From Neodothiora populina (lineage: Eukaryota), in NCBI RefSeq assembly GCF_041146345.1, contig NW_027191404.1:1178001-1242000 (forward strand): a stretch of DNA of 64,000 bases. The letters run 5' to 3'. The position numbers and the translations under genes were made by a program. Below the pieces are notes generated by a model. The model worked only from the letters and a program-made list of their open reading frames with translations. It was not told where the DNA came from and ran no database searches. Shown here one piece after another: positions 50,607 to 62,691 of this stretch. Positions within the stretch are counted from its first letter, which is position 1. Each line of letters begins with the position of its first letter.

Positions 50607-52140
50607 CTAGATATGAAGAGAGTCGCTGTGTCTGTGCTGCGAGATATTGTCGGCAGCGACAGCGGTAGTTGTGACAATTGACTTTGTCTTAGCGGCGTTG
50701 GCCTCATAAACAAGTCGCGCACGTTTCATCTCGTCGACGTCAAATGCCGGCGTGTCAGAAGGTGTAGGTAAGGCGATAGAAGTAGAACTGTTGTTGGCAG
50801 ATCTAAGGTTGCCGAGGTTGCCGAGACTGCGAATTCTCCTGAGGCCTTTGGGACGCTCGCTGCTGAATTCGGACGTGGTCGGTGTGGGTGGTTTGATCAT
50901 CTCCTCGACTTCAGTTCTGCCACGCCCAATGTGTCTTAGCTCACGGGCGATCTTCTCCAGTGTAGATCCCCTCAGATGAGGTGTCGATCGTTTCTCTTTG
51001 AGAAGAGTCTCCGGAGCTTGTTCGGTGGATGCGGTGCTCTTGACACTGCCCGATGACGGTCGACGATCTGATGCAGTAAAACTAATGCCTGAATCGACCT
51101 TGCGGCCCTTGCGCTTCGATGTCGTCTCGAGGATCTGAGCAGACTCGTCCATATCGATGATGTTGGAAGCCTCGGTGAGCACATGGTTGACGGCGGTGAG
51201 GTACATGTCGAGGGTCTGTCTGACTGCAGGCCAGCCGTTTTCATCGGTCGCCCGCTTGCCTTGCTGCATCAGTCTGTCAAGAATCTCCGGGCCGTTCTTC
51301 TCGACACCCTGGATGTACTTGAAGAAGGCCTCACGCTGCTTCTGAAGAATGGTTGCAGTGAGCTTGGACGTGGGCTGCGAGGAGATGATGGGAGGGTATA
51401 GCGTGTTGAGCATGGCAACGCAGTTGTGCTTGTTGAAGGGCTCGAGGGACAGCTCGTTGATTAGAACCTGGAATGCACAGTTAGATAAATTCTCAGACCA
51501 GAGCGATTGTGCATATATAGCTTACCCATCGGCGCAGGCCAATATACAATTGTGTGTAGAGGGCCTCGATCTTGCGCTCCTTCTCCTCAACTGACTTGAA
51601 CCACTCCAACACACCGGGGAAACGACGCGAAAGATCATCTTCGGCCGTTCCCAGAGTCTCGCGGCGGATGTCGAGACGTTCCAATGCAGCAGCAACCTCT
51701 CTCCGCCTCCTGGTCTCCAGGTCTTTGAGGTAATCCAAGCCAGCGAGAGCCTGGGGGAAGTCGACGTAGCGAAGGTCGGCGGAGAAACATTTGCGCAGGA
51801 AGGTCGTGATAAAAGTGGGCGGCAATGAGGTAGGCTGGGTGGGTAATGAGGCCATTTGCGCCATAAGATCACTGGTCAAGCGCTGCGTCGCTGAATCTCT
51901 GGGAAAGCTGGAAGCTGTGGGCGATGGACTCGGACTCGGAGATGCCGCTCCATTCCGGGGAGACTGCATTGGCATAGCAGGAGCGCAAGAGGCGCTGTTG
52001 ATTGTGTACATGGTCCGGAGTGGAATCTCATATGAGGCCGGATATGTGAGGATGTGCTCGAGGATGAGTTGATATGAGTAATCCATATATGAGCTGGAGT
52101 CTGACGACTCTGATGCGGTGCGATTGTGAGGATCCATCAT
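50607..52140 (-). CDS. Hypothetical protein; intron 51468-51525
   Basis: Two long ORFs joined in phase by GTAAGC..CTAAC..CAG: ...ILEHILTYPASYEIPLRTMY...VDFPQALAGLDYLKDLE...YIGLRRW|VLINELSLEPFNKHNCVAMLNTLYPP...RKVDSGISF. Confidence 0.82.
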
Positions 52141-53579
52141 TGGTGGACGACAGGTTTGGTTTTGTTGTTATTGTTACGGTCGAATTGACTTTTGGCTACT
52201 ATGCAGAGAAAGTGGCCCTGATTTGTTGTAGATGCTTGTGGCTAGCAGTGATATGTGCTCTGTGACAAGTAATTCTTCGAAAATGAAGGTGAGTCGATAT
52301 ATCGATCCGGAAAAGGCAGGTTGGCAAAAGACTGTGGGCAGACCTTGGTCTGGACTTGTTGATGTGATGTGACGAGGTAGATTGGCCAACGTCGACTCAC
52401 GTCATAAATTGGATGCTTTTTGTGCTACTCTCTAACGTATGAAGAAAAAATATGTGTAGGGTGTTGTAGCAACCACGAACGGCGGACGGTTTTTTTTTAT
52501 TGGCAACGACGTGTCAAACGGCGAAGGGTCGAGTAAGGTAAGTGTTCGGAATAGCAGTAGCACCAAGCAACAGGAATGATGTGGTGTTTGTATAAAGCGC
52601 GCTCTTGGGGTAGAGCAGAGTAGGGTTTCTTAGGGTAGGTAGTCCAGACACTTGCCACCAACTGGATGAACGGGTTCTTACTAACGGAAGAGGCGTAGTG
52701 CCTTTGCCGTATCTAGTTCGATTGGATGGTCTGCACAATTTCAAACCCTCGAGATGGCTGGCTTGAGAGCTAGCGCGGGGATTTGCGCTTTTGTTGTTTG
52801 ACTTTGGAGTAAACACGAGTCGTAAGGTTGAGGGTTTCAACCTTGGAATGAGAGACAGTGGGCCAAAGTATGTGATTCGGTCCTGTGGCAAGGCAAGGTA
52901 TGTAAAAAGCAGACAGGCGTGCTTGTAAAAGCGAATGATGCAGCACTGCACTGTTTATGGATGGCCAAGATGTTATGATGATGGACAGTGCGATTGATTG
53001 CGAGAAAGAGAGCTTATGCACATGGTTTGGTCTAGAAAAGCATTGGATAGCATCGAGTAGTCTGTCATCACGGTACCTAATGCCGTGGCAGTCGCTGCAC
53101 CAGCTTTTGTTGCTCCTTCTCTGACAATCTCACAAGACCAAATAAGCCACGCGACAGCAAAGATGCGCCTCCGACCATGCATCTGCGCATCTAAGGTGTG
53201 CACGATCCTTGGATTTTGTTTACGAAAGCTCAACACCTCGCGGTGCTTGGATGCTTTAGTGGTCCCTGCGTGCGCGGAGCTGGAGACCTTGTGCCGCTCA
53301 AGCCTTGACGGTTCAACGCGCAATTAACGTTTATACATATCCATCCGACGACATGCAATAGAGGTACGCTTCACGAGCTTCCCCATCATATCGAGATCAA
53401 CCATCGATCATGCGTCAATATTGGAGGAATGGTCGATTGAGTGTCGGAGTGTCGGGATGTTCGTTTTCTGCTTGCACATCAGCTCATGCTCTGTTCGCCG
53501 TGGGCTGGCTTGTGTGTGCGAAGGAGTTTGTCGTGTACGCTAGGTTTCATGACTCCTGTCTTGCTTTCCCGAAACGTAC

Positions 53580-53608
53580 GTACTGTACTGTACTGTACTG
53601 TACTGTAC
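53580..53608. repeat. (GTACT)n pentanucleotide microsatellite, about 5.8 copies
   Basis: gtactgtactgtactgtactgtactgtac. Confidence 0.8.
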
Positions 53609-55406
53609 GTGCTGGGTGGAAAAGTCGTGCCCTGACATGGATCGCTTTTCATATCTTGCGCTGAATCAATTGCCCCGAGTTGTTGGGTGGGGCTGGTTTT
53701 GGGTGCATCTGCTGTTCGTGCGTGCAATTGTTACTGTATGGGTGCAAGGAAGGCTCCAACCTTGCTACTGTACTCTTCTGCTCCACAACGCACCGGCCTA
53801 GGCGCGCGGGTTGGTACCTGCATAAGCGAGAACGCCTACAGCTGAACCCTGCCGTAGGTTGGCGTCGTCCATCATTGCCATTTTGCTCTCTGTACGACGA
53901 CTCGCTCTCGCGGTGGTCTCCACCCACTCCCATGTTCATCTTGGTACTGTGGCTTTCGTGGCCCACAGCTTTTTAAGGCCGATGCGTTTGATCACCTCAC
54001 TGTGCCCCTCCACTGGGGTCGTTCGTCACTCTCAATCGCCGGTTCCCCTTCACTTCCCTCGCCCCTCCCCTTTCTCCCTCCCATCGTGCTCAAATCGGAA
54101 TTATCACAGTCCCAGACATCCGGGGCTGCTGCTGCTGCGAGGGCAGACCCGCGGCAGACGAGGGCAGCCGCTGCAGTGGCCGTCTGATAGCACCTTCGTC
54201 TCGATGCACTACTGTACTCGAGGTCACTGGGTCTTGCGCTAATTATCTCTTTGTAATCTGCGGACGCCAGCCGGGAGGCGCCATGTGTGGGCTTTTCTGA
54301 CACTTCTGCATCACCCACATACCTCGTACCTACCTATCCTGGCCGAGTCCCCAGAGAAAAGAGGATTTTCCCACAATCTCTTGTCGTAAATGAATTCCTT
54401 CGTGTGCTGTACCGTGATAGCGACTGCCGGCCTTCTCGCCTGACGAGCGATTTAGACGACCGCTTCCTGTATGCAGACACTTTGTGCGGTCCTATATAGG
54501 CAAGTCTGGAGCCTGAATCTCTATCTGGTATCCCGCCGTGCATTCATCTGGGTGGAGCGGGTGGATGGAGGTGGAAGTGGACAGACAACTCGCAGGAGCT
54601 ATTGCACAGACACATGAACACGTATGCTTCATGTCACACGAATCAAATGTGATGAGCTGTGTGAGACTTGTTTTGAACGCGGTTGGAAATAGTTATTTCC
54701 TAGCACATACATAAGCTCAAACTCTGCACGCGTCAATCGGCACCTGCTACGTTTTCAATGCGATGTGTGATGCTGCAAAGACATACTTTTCCACGTAGAT
54801 ACAGGTGTATCCCGGTAAATCTTATGCATGTTAGCAATGCATAGCGTGCCCAATGACCGAGTTTCCAGGTGTTCTTCGTTACTGGCTTCTGGGCTCTCCG
54901 GGCAGCATGCGACCCTCGCTGGTCCGACGATCAGACCTGTTCACTCCGGGGCATATCGGCCCTCGTGAGCTTAGCTCTCGAGCTTGCGGTTGTCATGCAG
55001 CTCAAGCTTGGCCCGCTCTCCCAAGTATACGCGAGGAGTGGTTCGTCCAAACAGCTAAGCGTAGACGGTACATTAGCCTCGTGTGCACACTCTACAAGTA
55101 TTGCTGGTTTCCGATCCCGCACGAGGCACATTCTACTTTCGACAGTTTGTGACAGTGCGAGAGCCCAACGAGTTGTGCCGAACGCGCAATGCGGGATCCT
55201 CCCGATTATCGTATTGTCATTTCGCACAGGATAGCAAGCACACAGATACGCTACGTTCACGCGGTCTGGTCTGAGCCCTTTTTGCGGATCCCGGAGCTCG
55301 CCAATGGTACCAGGAGGGTGGTTTGGTAGTCAGGCGGGATACAATCCGTCAGATGTTTGTTATATTGCTCTCGAGGGCGAGGCGGCGGCAGCGGCGACTT
55401 CCTGCC

Positions 55407-56858
55407 CTACGTCTGCTTGCTCTCTGCCTGTGCCGAGGCCATTGATCGGGCGTTGGTGATCTCCCACTCGAACTCCCTCAAGGCTCTCAACTCGCTACCC
55501 ACAAAAAGCCCACCCATCAAGCCATCGATGACCCCAGCGCTTAAGCCGAGGCTGCTCAGCAATATCAGGATGAATGCAACAAAGTTTCGTGGAGACCACC
55601 ACACGGCGATAAAGCAGCCAATGGAGATGAGTATAGAAACGCCAAAGTGGGTGAGCCTGAGCCGCCGTTGACGCCTCTCCCGCCTGTCATAACTGTGTAT
55701 CATGTCGAGGATTTGATCGTAGCTCTCCACCGGCAGGAACGAGGGCCCAATGTTGAAAAGCTTAGTATCCGTTCGTCGGTCGACGACACTGCCGTCTCCG
55801 TGTCCATTCTCCAAATTGACGCTTGCGGACGTAGATGCGGATGCACGCACGAGTGTCGCTTCCACAGAAAAGTGATCGCTGAGCGAGCAATGTAGCACCG
55901 GGTGCCGCTCAAGCATGCCAACCTTGACGTTTTCCAGCCTCCACTGTGATGCCTGACCATGGTGATCTCCACCGAAGAAGATGTAGTCGAGCCGTTTGGC
56001 TTTGGGGTCGGCTTGCGTACCATCGACCATTAGTTCCTCACCTTTGTCGAGTCTCTTCTGCTCGCGCTTGTTCCATCTCCAAGTGTTGAACCTACTGTCA
56101 CAAGTGGTGCCGTGTTCGGTCAGGCAAAAGTCAGAGCTGGGCACGGGAAGGCCCCGGGCCTTCTCCACCTTATCGACGGCAGCGCCAATGGCCGAATCGG
56201 GGTGTAGTATTCGCCATAGATCCTTGACAGGAGCGTGGGTCTCTATGAGGCGATGTGCTAGTGACAGTGGGATCATGTTGAAGTCACCGAGGCCCAGTAC
56301 GAGATGACCCCTCTCGGCGGCTCCTCTCATGAGCTTCGCAATTTCCCAAGCTTGCGCGGTTCTGTGACAGATGTAAGAGTCGTTCGGCTCACGCTCGTAG
56401 GGTGCATGCAAGTGAGTGTTGAACACCTCAACCACATCCTTGTGGCCGGGACCGATGCGGATTCGGGCATGGGCTACACCTTTGCCCACGAACCAGTCGC
56501 CACGGAAGAAGGCAGTGGGTCGACCATTGAGTGGATATCTCCACATGCTACTTTCCTCAATGGGCCATTTGGACAGGATTGCCAGCCCGCCACCGAAGAT
56601 GCCGCTCCAGTAGAACTTGCCATAAGGAAGAAAGTGTTTGGTCCTCTCTCGTATCGCCAGATAGTCCTGCTGGGTCCAGCACTCCTGGAGGCCAACGATC
56701 TCGGGAGCCGGTGAAGTCTTGGCGAGTTGGTTTCCGATTTCCGAGAGACGTTCATGTCTGTGTTTGGCCAGGAACTTGAGACCCCAGCAGTTCAGGGAGA
56801 TGATGTTCAATGATTGCGGCAATCGGGGAGCATGCAAGGGGGGTTCAATGGGATCCAT
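55407..56858 (-). CDS. ISC1: Inositol phosphosphingolipid phospholipase C / neutral sphingomyelinase
   Basis: SLNCWGLK, VGLQECW, GGGLAILSKWPI, GDWFVGKGV, NTHLHAPY, GDFN, RLDYIF, SDHF, followed by two C-terminal TM helices. Confidence 0.95.
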   Translation of the reverse strand: MDPIEPPLHAPRLPQSLNIISLNCWGLKFLAKHRHERLSEIGNQLAKTSPAPEIVGLQECWTQQDYLAIRERTKHFLPYGKFYWSGIFGGGLAILSKWPIEESSMWRYPLNGRPTAFFRGDWFVGKGVAHARIRIGPGHKDVVEVFNTHLHAPYEREPNDSYICHRTAQAWEIAKLMRGAAERGHLVLGLGDFNMIPLSLAHRLIETHAPVKDLWRILHPDSAIGAAVDKVEKARGLPVPSSDFCLTEHGTTCDSRFNTWRWNKREQKRLDKGEELMVDGTQADPKAKRLDYIFFGGDHHGQASQWRLENVKVGMLERHPVLHCSLSDHFSVEATLVRASASTSASVNLENGHGDGSVVDRRTDTKLFNIGPSFLPVESYDQILDMIHSYDRRERRQRRLRLTHFGVSILISIGCFIAVWWSPRNFVAFILILLSSLGLSAGVIDGLMGGLFVGSELRALREFEWEITNARSMASAQAESKQT

Positions 56859-57255
56859 GTTTGCGATTCATATGGGGATGGACGGATGGCTTGGGAGGGG
56901 GGGGGGGACGTAAGAAGCCTATTTCCTTCCGGAACCGAAGCTAGGATTGGAAGCAAAGAATGTGGCTATGTCGAACAGATCGAGGTCAGGGATAATGAGC
57001 GCAGCCGCATCTAGCAATCCCAATAAATCAGAAATATGCGAGTCGTATGAGACAGGGTGAATTGATTGATAGGGAGGATGTTATTATGTCATCTACTGTC
57101 AAGGTGAACAAAGCTGGCGCGCCAGGGTCAACACCCTTCCACAACGGGAAATCTGGGGAAATTATTATTCCAACGAAAAGGCATCTACAGATTATTATTC
57201 GCGCATCTCGATGACTCGCTCGATCCATCAGTTGTACATCGCTCGTTGATCTGCC

Positions 57256-58767
57256 TTGATGATGAGCATCTCCGACATGCCTCTGCAAGATGTGCACGAG
57301 CGACCATCAAAGCGTCGCCGACTAGATTCAGATTCAGAGTCATCAGATGCAGTGGAAGCATTATTAACACCAGCATCAGCATCAGCATCAGCATCAGCAT
57401 CAGCATCAGCATCAGCATCGTCGACGGCGATAGTACACGAAGATCAGCTCGACACGTCGTATGCGCAGCGTCAGCCTCAGATCTCGGAGGAGACGGCCCA
57501 GAATAGCACATGGCACATGAGCACACCGCGAGACAAGGCCGATAATGCCGACGCCGAAGACACCAACGGAGCTGTAGTGGGCGCGTATGCATTCGACGAA
57601 GACGAAGTCGCAGCCGGCGACGAGGACTTGAGCGCTGGAGAACAGACTCCGGAAGAGGCAGACGGTCCTGCACGGAGGCCGACCGCGCTCCACTACAAGC
57701 TGCACATGACGCTCAAGGGACACAAAAGAGGAGTCGCCGCAGTCAGGTTTTCCCCCGACGGGAAATGGATCGCCAGCTGCTCGGCCGATTGTACAATCAA
57801 AATCTGGGACGCGCAGACGGGGAGTCTCGTACACAATCTCGAGGGCCACATTGCTGGTATTTCGACGCTCACATGGAATCCCGATTCGACTGTGCTGGCG
57901 TCGGGGTCTGACGACAAGACGATACGACTGTGGGACGTGGTGACGGGCAAATGTCTCCCGACGTCATTGCTGGGACATGACAATTATGTGTACAGCATCG
58001 CGTTTTCCCCGAAAGGCAACATGCTGGTGAGCGGATCATACGACGAGGCGGTGTTTCTCTGGGATGTGCGGACAGCGCGAACAATGCGATCGCTGCCAGC
58101 GCACTCGGATCCGGTATCAGGAGTCGATTTTGTCAGGGACGGGACGCTGGTCGCCTCGTGTTCCAGCGATGGTCTCATGTGAGATACGAGCAGTTTTGTT
58201 TCTTCTCTATACAGTACTGACCAAAGCGACAGTCGGATATGGGATGCCACGACCGGCCAATGTCTCAAGACTCTGGTGCACGAAGACAATGCTCCGGTCA
58301 CGTCGGTGCGGTTCTCACCCAACGGCAGATTCGTGCTTGCGACCACTCTGGATTCATGCGTACGTCTATGGAACTACGTCGAGGGACGGTGCGCAAAGAC
58401 ATACCAGGGACACACAAACGCAAAGTACAGCATCAATGCATGTTTTGGAACATATCAGGCACATGGGGACGAGGACAGAGAAGAGCAGGAGCGACAGAGG
58501 TGGGCTTTTGTTGCTTGCGGCGACGACGAGGGCAAAGTGTTCTTGTGGGATGTCAGTTCCAAAGAAGTGATGCAGGTGCTCTCGGGTCACGAGGGGGTGG
58601 TGTTGGGGGTAGACACGAGTCCGTCCAGCGATGCGATTGCGACCTGCGGTATTGATGGGACGATCAAGGTGTGGCGGAAGGGGGCAGGCAGCAAGAGACG
58701 AGTGGATGGCGTGGTTGATGCGCCGCAAGTCGAGACGGGGGCGGAGAAGGTGGAGGAGGAGCTGTGA
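57256..58767 (+). CDS. SWD3: COMPASS WD40 subunit Swd3/WDR5; intron 58179-58232; start codon uncertain (57256-57277)
   Basis: WDR5-like repeats LKGHKRGVAAVRFSPDGKWIASCSADCTIKIW, SLPAHSDPVSGVDF, QCLKTLVHEDNAPV, KTYQGHTNAKYSI. Confidence 0.92.
57371..57419 (+). repeat. (CAGCAT)8 coding hexanucleotide repeat giving an (Ala-Ser)n tract in the Swd3 N-terminus
   Basis: Eight perfect CAGCAT units. Confidence 0.9.
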
Positions 58768-59025
58768 GGACAGCCGGCCATGAGACCGAGAAGCAACAAA
58801 TGATGGATGACGTGGCAAAGGCATGTGATTGCCATATGAGGTAACTTGGTTATTCTCATCTGGACAGTCTCTACTTGGGTCTCTTCTTGGATCGAGGGAT
58901 ATACTTGCAGAGAGATATACTTGGACCAAGATATATATATATATAGCATAAATGACCATCGACTCTCCCGAGGGCGATGCCGCCCCGCACAAAGCAGAGC
59001 CAAGACAACAGCGTCATTGTATCTC

Positions 59026-59136
59026 GTCCGTCCATCTCTCGTCCGTCCATCTCTCGTCCGTCCATCTCTCGTCCGTCCATCTCTCGTCCGTCCATCTCTC
59101 GTCCGTCCATCTCTCGTCCGTCCATCTCTCGTCCGT
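59026..59136. repeat. Perfect 15-bp minisatellite (GTCCGTCCATCTCTC) x7.4 between SWD3 and CSN3
   Basis: Seven identical units at 59026-59130 plus GTCCGT. Confidence 0.97.
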
Positions 59137-59336
59137 GTCGATCTCGGAGTACGACTAGGCGGCTCTCTTCATCTTGGCCTTCACTCTTGACTCTGTTATA
59201 GACGTTGGGTTGTCTGGTTCGCATTTGCGTGGCGATACAGGACTGGAGCAACTACTCCAACGACTCGTCCTCACCACTACCTCGATTGCCAGCTCTTCCT
59301 CCTCATAATCCTCATCATCACCAGCGACCATAAATC

Positions 59337-60885
59337 ATGTCCGACGATCTGGTGTCGAATCTGCTGTTCGACGTGCAGCCCAGCGATGCGACAAGCCCCG
59401 ACTACCTCGCTCAATATGACGCCAACCTGAAGAAGCTGGTGAAATACACACGGCAGGCAAACGAGAGGGATCTGGCACAGAATGTCCAAGGCAGCAATCT
59501 GCTGGCGCTACTTCATCCCACAAGAAACACAATCAGCTATCTGGCCGTGCTGCTGGCACTGAAGAATCTGGCCCTCAGGACTCGTCAAGTCCTACCGGGA
59601 CAAGTGGACTGCACCATTACATTCCTGGCCAGCTTCGATCCCACACAGGCGCGCTATGTCGGACAAGAGCTGCGGGAACTCATTGGCTGGCTACCGCTTT
59701 ACTATGAGCAGACTGGGGATGCATCGGTGACGGCGGCTGTCGGAAGCGCCATCTTGCAATTAGACCCGGAGAGCAGCACCTTCACATCCACCCATCTGCT
59801 CTTCGTACGGCTATGTCTGGCCGCGAGTCTGCCGCGTCAAGCGCTGTCCGTGCTCGATAAAGACATCTACAACTTCCCCACGGAACCGATAAAGGGAGTC
59901 GACGACTCTGAACTCTGTGCCGAGCATCAGTCTAGTGCTACATACATCACTCGCTCATCCGGATTATCGGCGGACATTGCCCCGGCAGACGTGCAAGAGT
60001 ACTATCTGCTGGGCGCCCATGTCTATATTGGACTACGGCAGTGGTCGCGCGCCCGATTGTTTTTGGAATTGGTGCTCGCCTCGCCGACTGCACACGTCGC
60101 CACTCCACTGATGGTGGAGGCATACAAGAAGCTGATTCTGGTGGCATTACTGTCCTCTGGCCAATCTTTCTCCGCCAAGGGTCTCGTCGACCAAGCCACG
60201 CAAAAGACACTTTCTGCCCTGTCAAAGGGATACGAGGCGCTGGGCCATGTGTTCAGGCTCCGTGATCTCCAGCGGTTCTATGCCGAGGTTGATACCGGGG
60301 CGCAGTACTGGGCAGATGTATGATACCCACTGGTTCCTTTTCGTGTGATCATGCTAATAACAAGCCACGCAGGATGGAAACACAGCTCTCGTGAACCAAG
60401 TGGCAGAGTCATTACGACGCTACCGCGTCAGCGACCTCCAACTGACCTTTTCCGCCCTGCCACTCGACCGCATCGCGACACACCTCAGTCTCGGCCAAGA
60501 AGCCACCATGAGTCTCCTGACGTCCATGATCCGCGACGGCCACATCAGAGCAACAATCACACAACCCACGCAAAAGCAATCAGAAACCTCACGACCCGTG
60601 CTTCGCTTCCTGTCTCACAATCCAGACCACACGCCCATAGACCTCAACCAACACGCCGTCCTCGCCACCAAATACCAGGCTATCGAGCGTCTGGCCAAAC
60701 ACGTCAAGGAGGCCGACCGCAGACTGGCAATCTCGCGGGAGTACGTAGAGTATGTGCGCAGGAGTAAGCGCGCCGAGGGAGCAGGCGCACCAGGCTATGA
60801 AGATCCCATGGAGGAGAGTTGGGATGCGCCTGCGGGGGGCAGTGGAGGAGACGCCGACGAGGACATGATGGGCGACTTGAGGTGA
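59337..60885 (+). CDS. CSN3: COP9 signalosome subunit 3 (PCI domain); intron 60318-60372
   Basis: FLASFDPTQARYVG, LDPESSTFTSTHLLFVRLCL, VQEYYLLGAHVYIG, MVEAYKKLILV, WAD|DGNTALV, MIRDGHIRATI, acidic tail. Confidence 0.88.
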
Positions 60886-62691
60886 TGAGTTTTCGCAGCT
60901 GTTGTGTCTGGGTGTCAAGTCTGTGTAATTCAGCTACTAGAAGAACGAGACAAGACGGCATGTGCACGAGATGCCGCGAGATGAGATTGGCGGGAGATGT
61001 ATGATATCCCTTCTCTCGCTCTGTTCTACCTTACCTTACACAGATGAGGCAAGAACGACATGTCCACGCACCTTTCTCGTCTCGTCATCGTCACAACGCC
61101 ATCACCTGACCTGCCCCTCAACACTCTTAACGAGAAGGGATGAGAGAGACAGAGATAGCAGAGACTACTGATTCCTTAAACACAAACACATAAATCACAA
61201 AGGACGACCGACTACCCAATTCAAGGTATTGCATGTCAGACTTGGCACCCCCCATCATCTTCCACGGCCTCTCAAGGTCCTATTTACGAAGGTAGAAGGG
61301 AAGAAATGGTCATGCTCAGATCTATACATTACACCTGACCAGGCAGAGACAGGGAGATGAAGAGAAAAGGCAGAAAGCCGGGACAGATGAAAGTAGTAAC
61401 TACCTTATACTACACAAAATCCACAATCAGAACCTCAGAAACCCATCACGTCCCCATCACCATCACTATTTCCTTCCCAGCTATTCCTCCCTGTCGTACA
61501 GCCTATTTATCTAGCTACCTAGTAAAAAACCTGCTACACCGCGTCGCGAGGGGCAGGACTATTCCATCTCCCTCCTCGTAGTCATCGTCTCCCAGCGTAA
61601 CTACCTACGTACTCAAGTACCCGGTTCTCACTGTATTGTATATACACGACACCGAATAGACCGACGAAAAACCCTAGGTAAGGTAGTCTCACTAGCGCAG
61701 CGTCATGAGAAAAATCATGATATGTGCGCTTAGCTTGGGAGAGAAGAGGGGGGGGGGAGACCCTGGCTATCGTGTCTTAGTCACTCATCCCCTTTGTTTC
61801 CACGCCTATTCATCATGCTGTGTCTGTGTCTGCTCAGGGGTTGTCTGCTCTGATGCAAGTTGCTTTATTTCATACCGCCCTGAGTCTGTTCTGCTCGAAT
61901 AACTTGGATTCAGTTCGAAAGATTGGATTCGACGACTGGGCCGATATGGCTTGGCTTGATCTGCTGGGGGTCTGCTCGGCTCGCTCGACTTGCTCGAGAG
62001 GATTTCATTCGGTCTGAACTTGACTTGATTCGATGGTTCGCGCTTCGTTCATGACTATTTACCTAAGGTAGGGAAGGGACTCCATCATCGATCTCATGAG
62101 AGCTATGTCAAGTCAAGTCAAGTCTACTGTAGATAGTCCAGCACTAAACGCGAGATTATCCACCTGCCTGTTAAAGAACACCTACACTACCTCCAGTGCA
62201 TCGCTGTATCTACCTTATCCTGTTCTTCCTGTCGATTCTCTTCCTCAGTCTAATCTGCCATTATCAAGTCTCGAGTAAATCCTCCACGTAGCTTCCACGA
62301 CGAAATACCCCAGCACTGAATCCACCCAAAGCGAGGCAAAAGGCCAGCTCTAGATGGTAGACGGGACGAGACGACCAAGGCACATGAGGCGAGTAGAAAG
62401 TCAAGTAGAATAGAGAATCGAGTGAAATGTATTAACACCGCCGTATATCGCCTCCTACTGTACGAGAACCCAGCCATTTCATCGTGCCAGTTTGTGGCCA
62501 CGCAAGGGGTATATACATCTACTGTCCGACCCGTTACTCCGACCTTGATCTCCACGTTCATTTATCCATTGGGGAGTTGGCTCCCGTGTAGTAGAGACAC
62601 CTGACACCAGGATTGAAAAACCAGAAAAGAAAAACCAAGAGATGAAAGCAAAAAGAACGCAAAGAGAAGGAAAAGAAAAAAAAAAAGAGAA

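Noticed and set aside
59026..59136. CRISPR array, or ORFs encoding (MDGRE)n / (SRPSI)n / (LVRPS)n
   Set aside because: The units are contiguous with no spacers, the context is eukaryotic, and the ORFs are by-products of a stop-free 15-mer.
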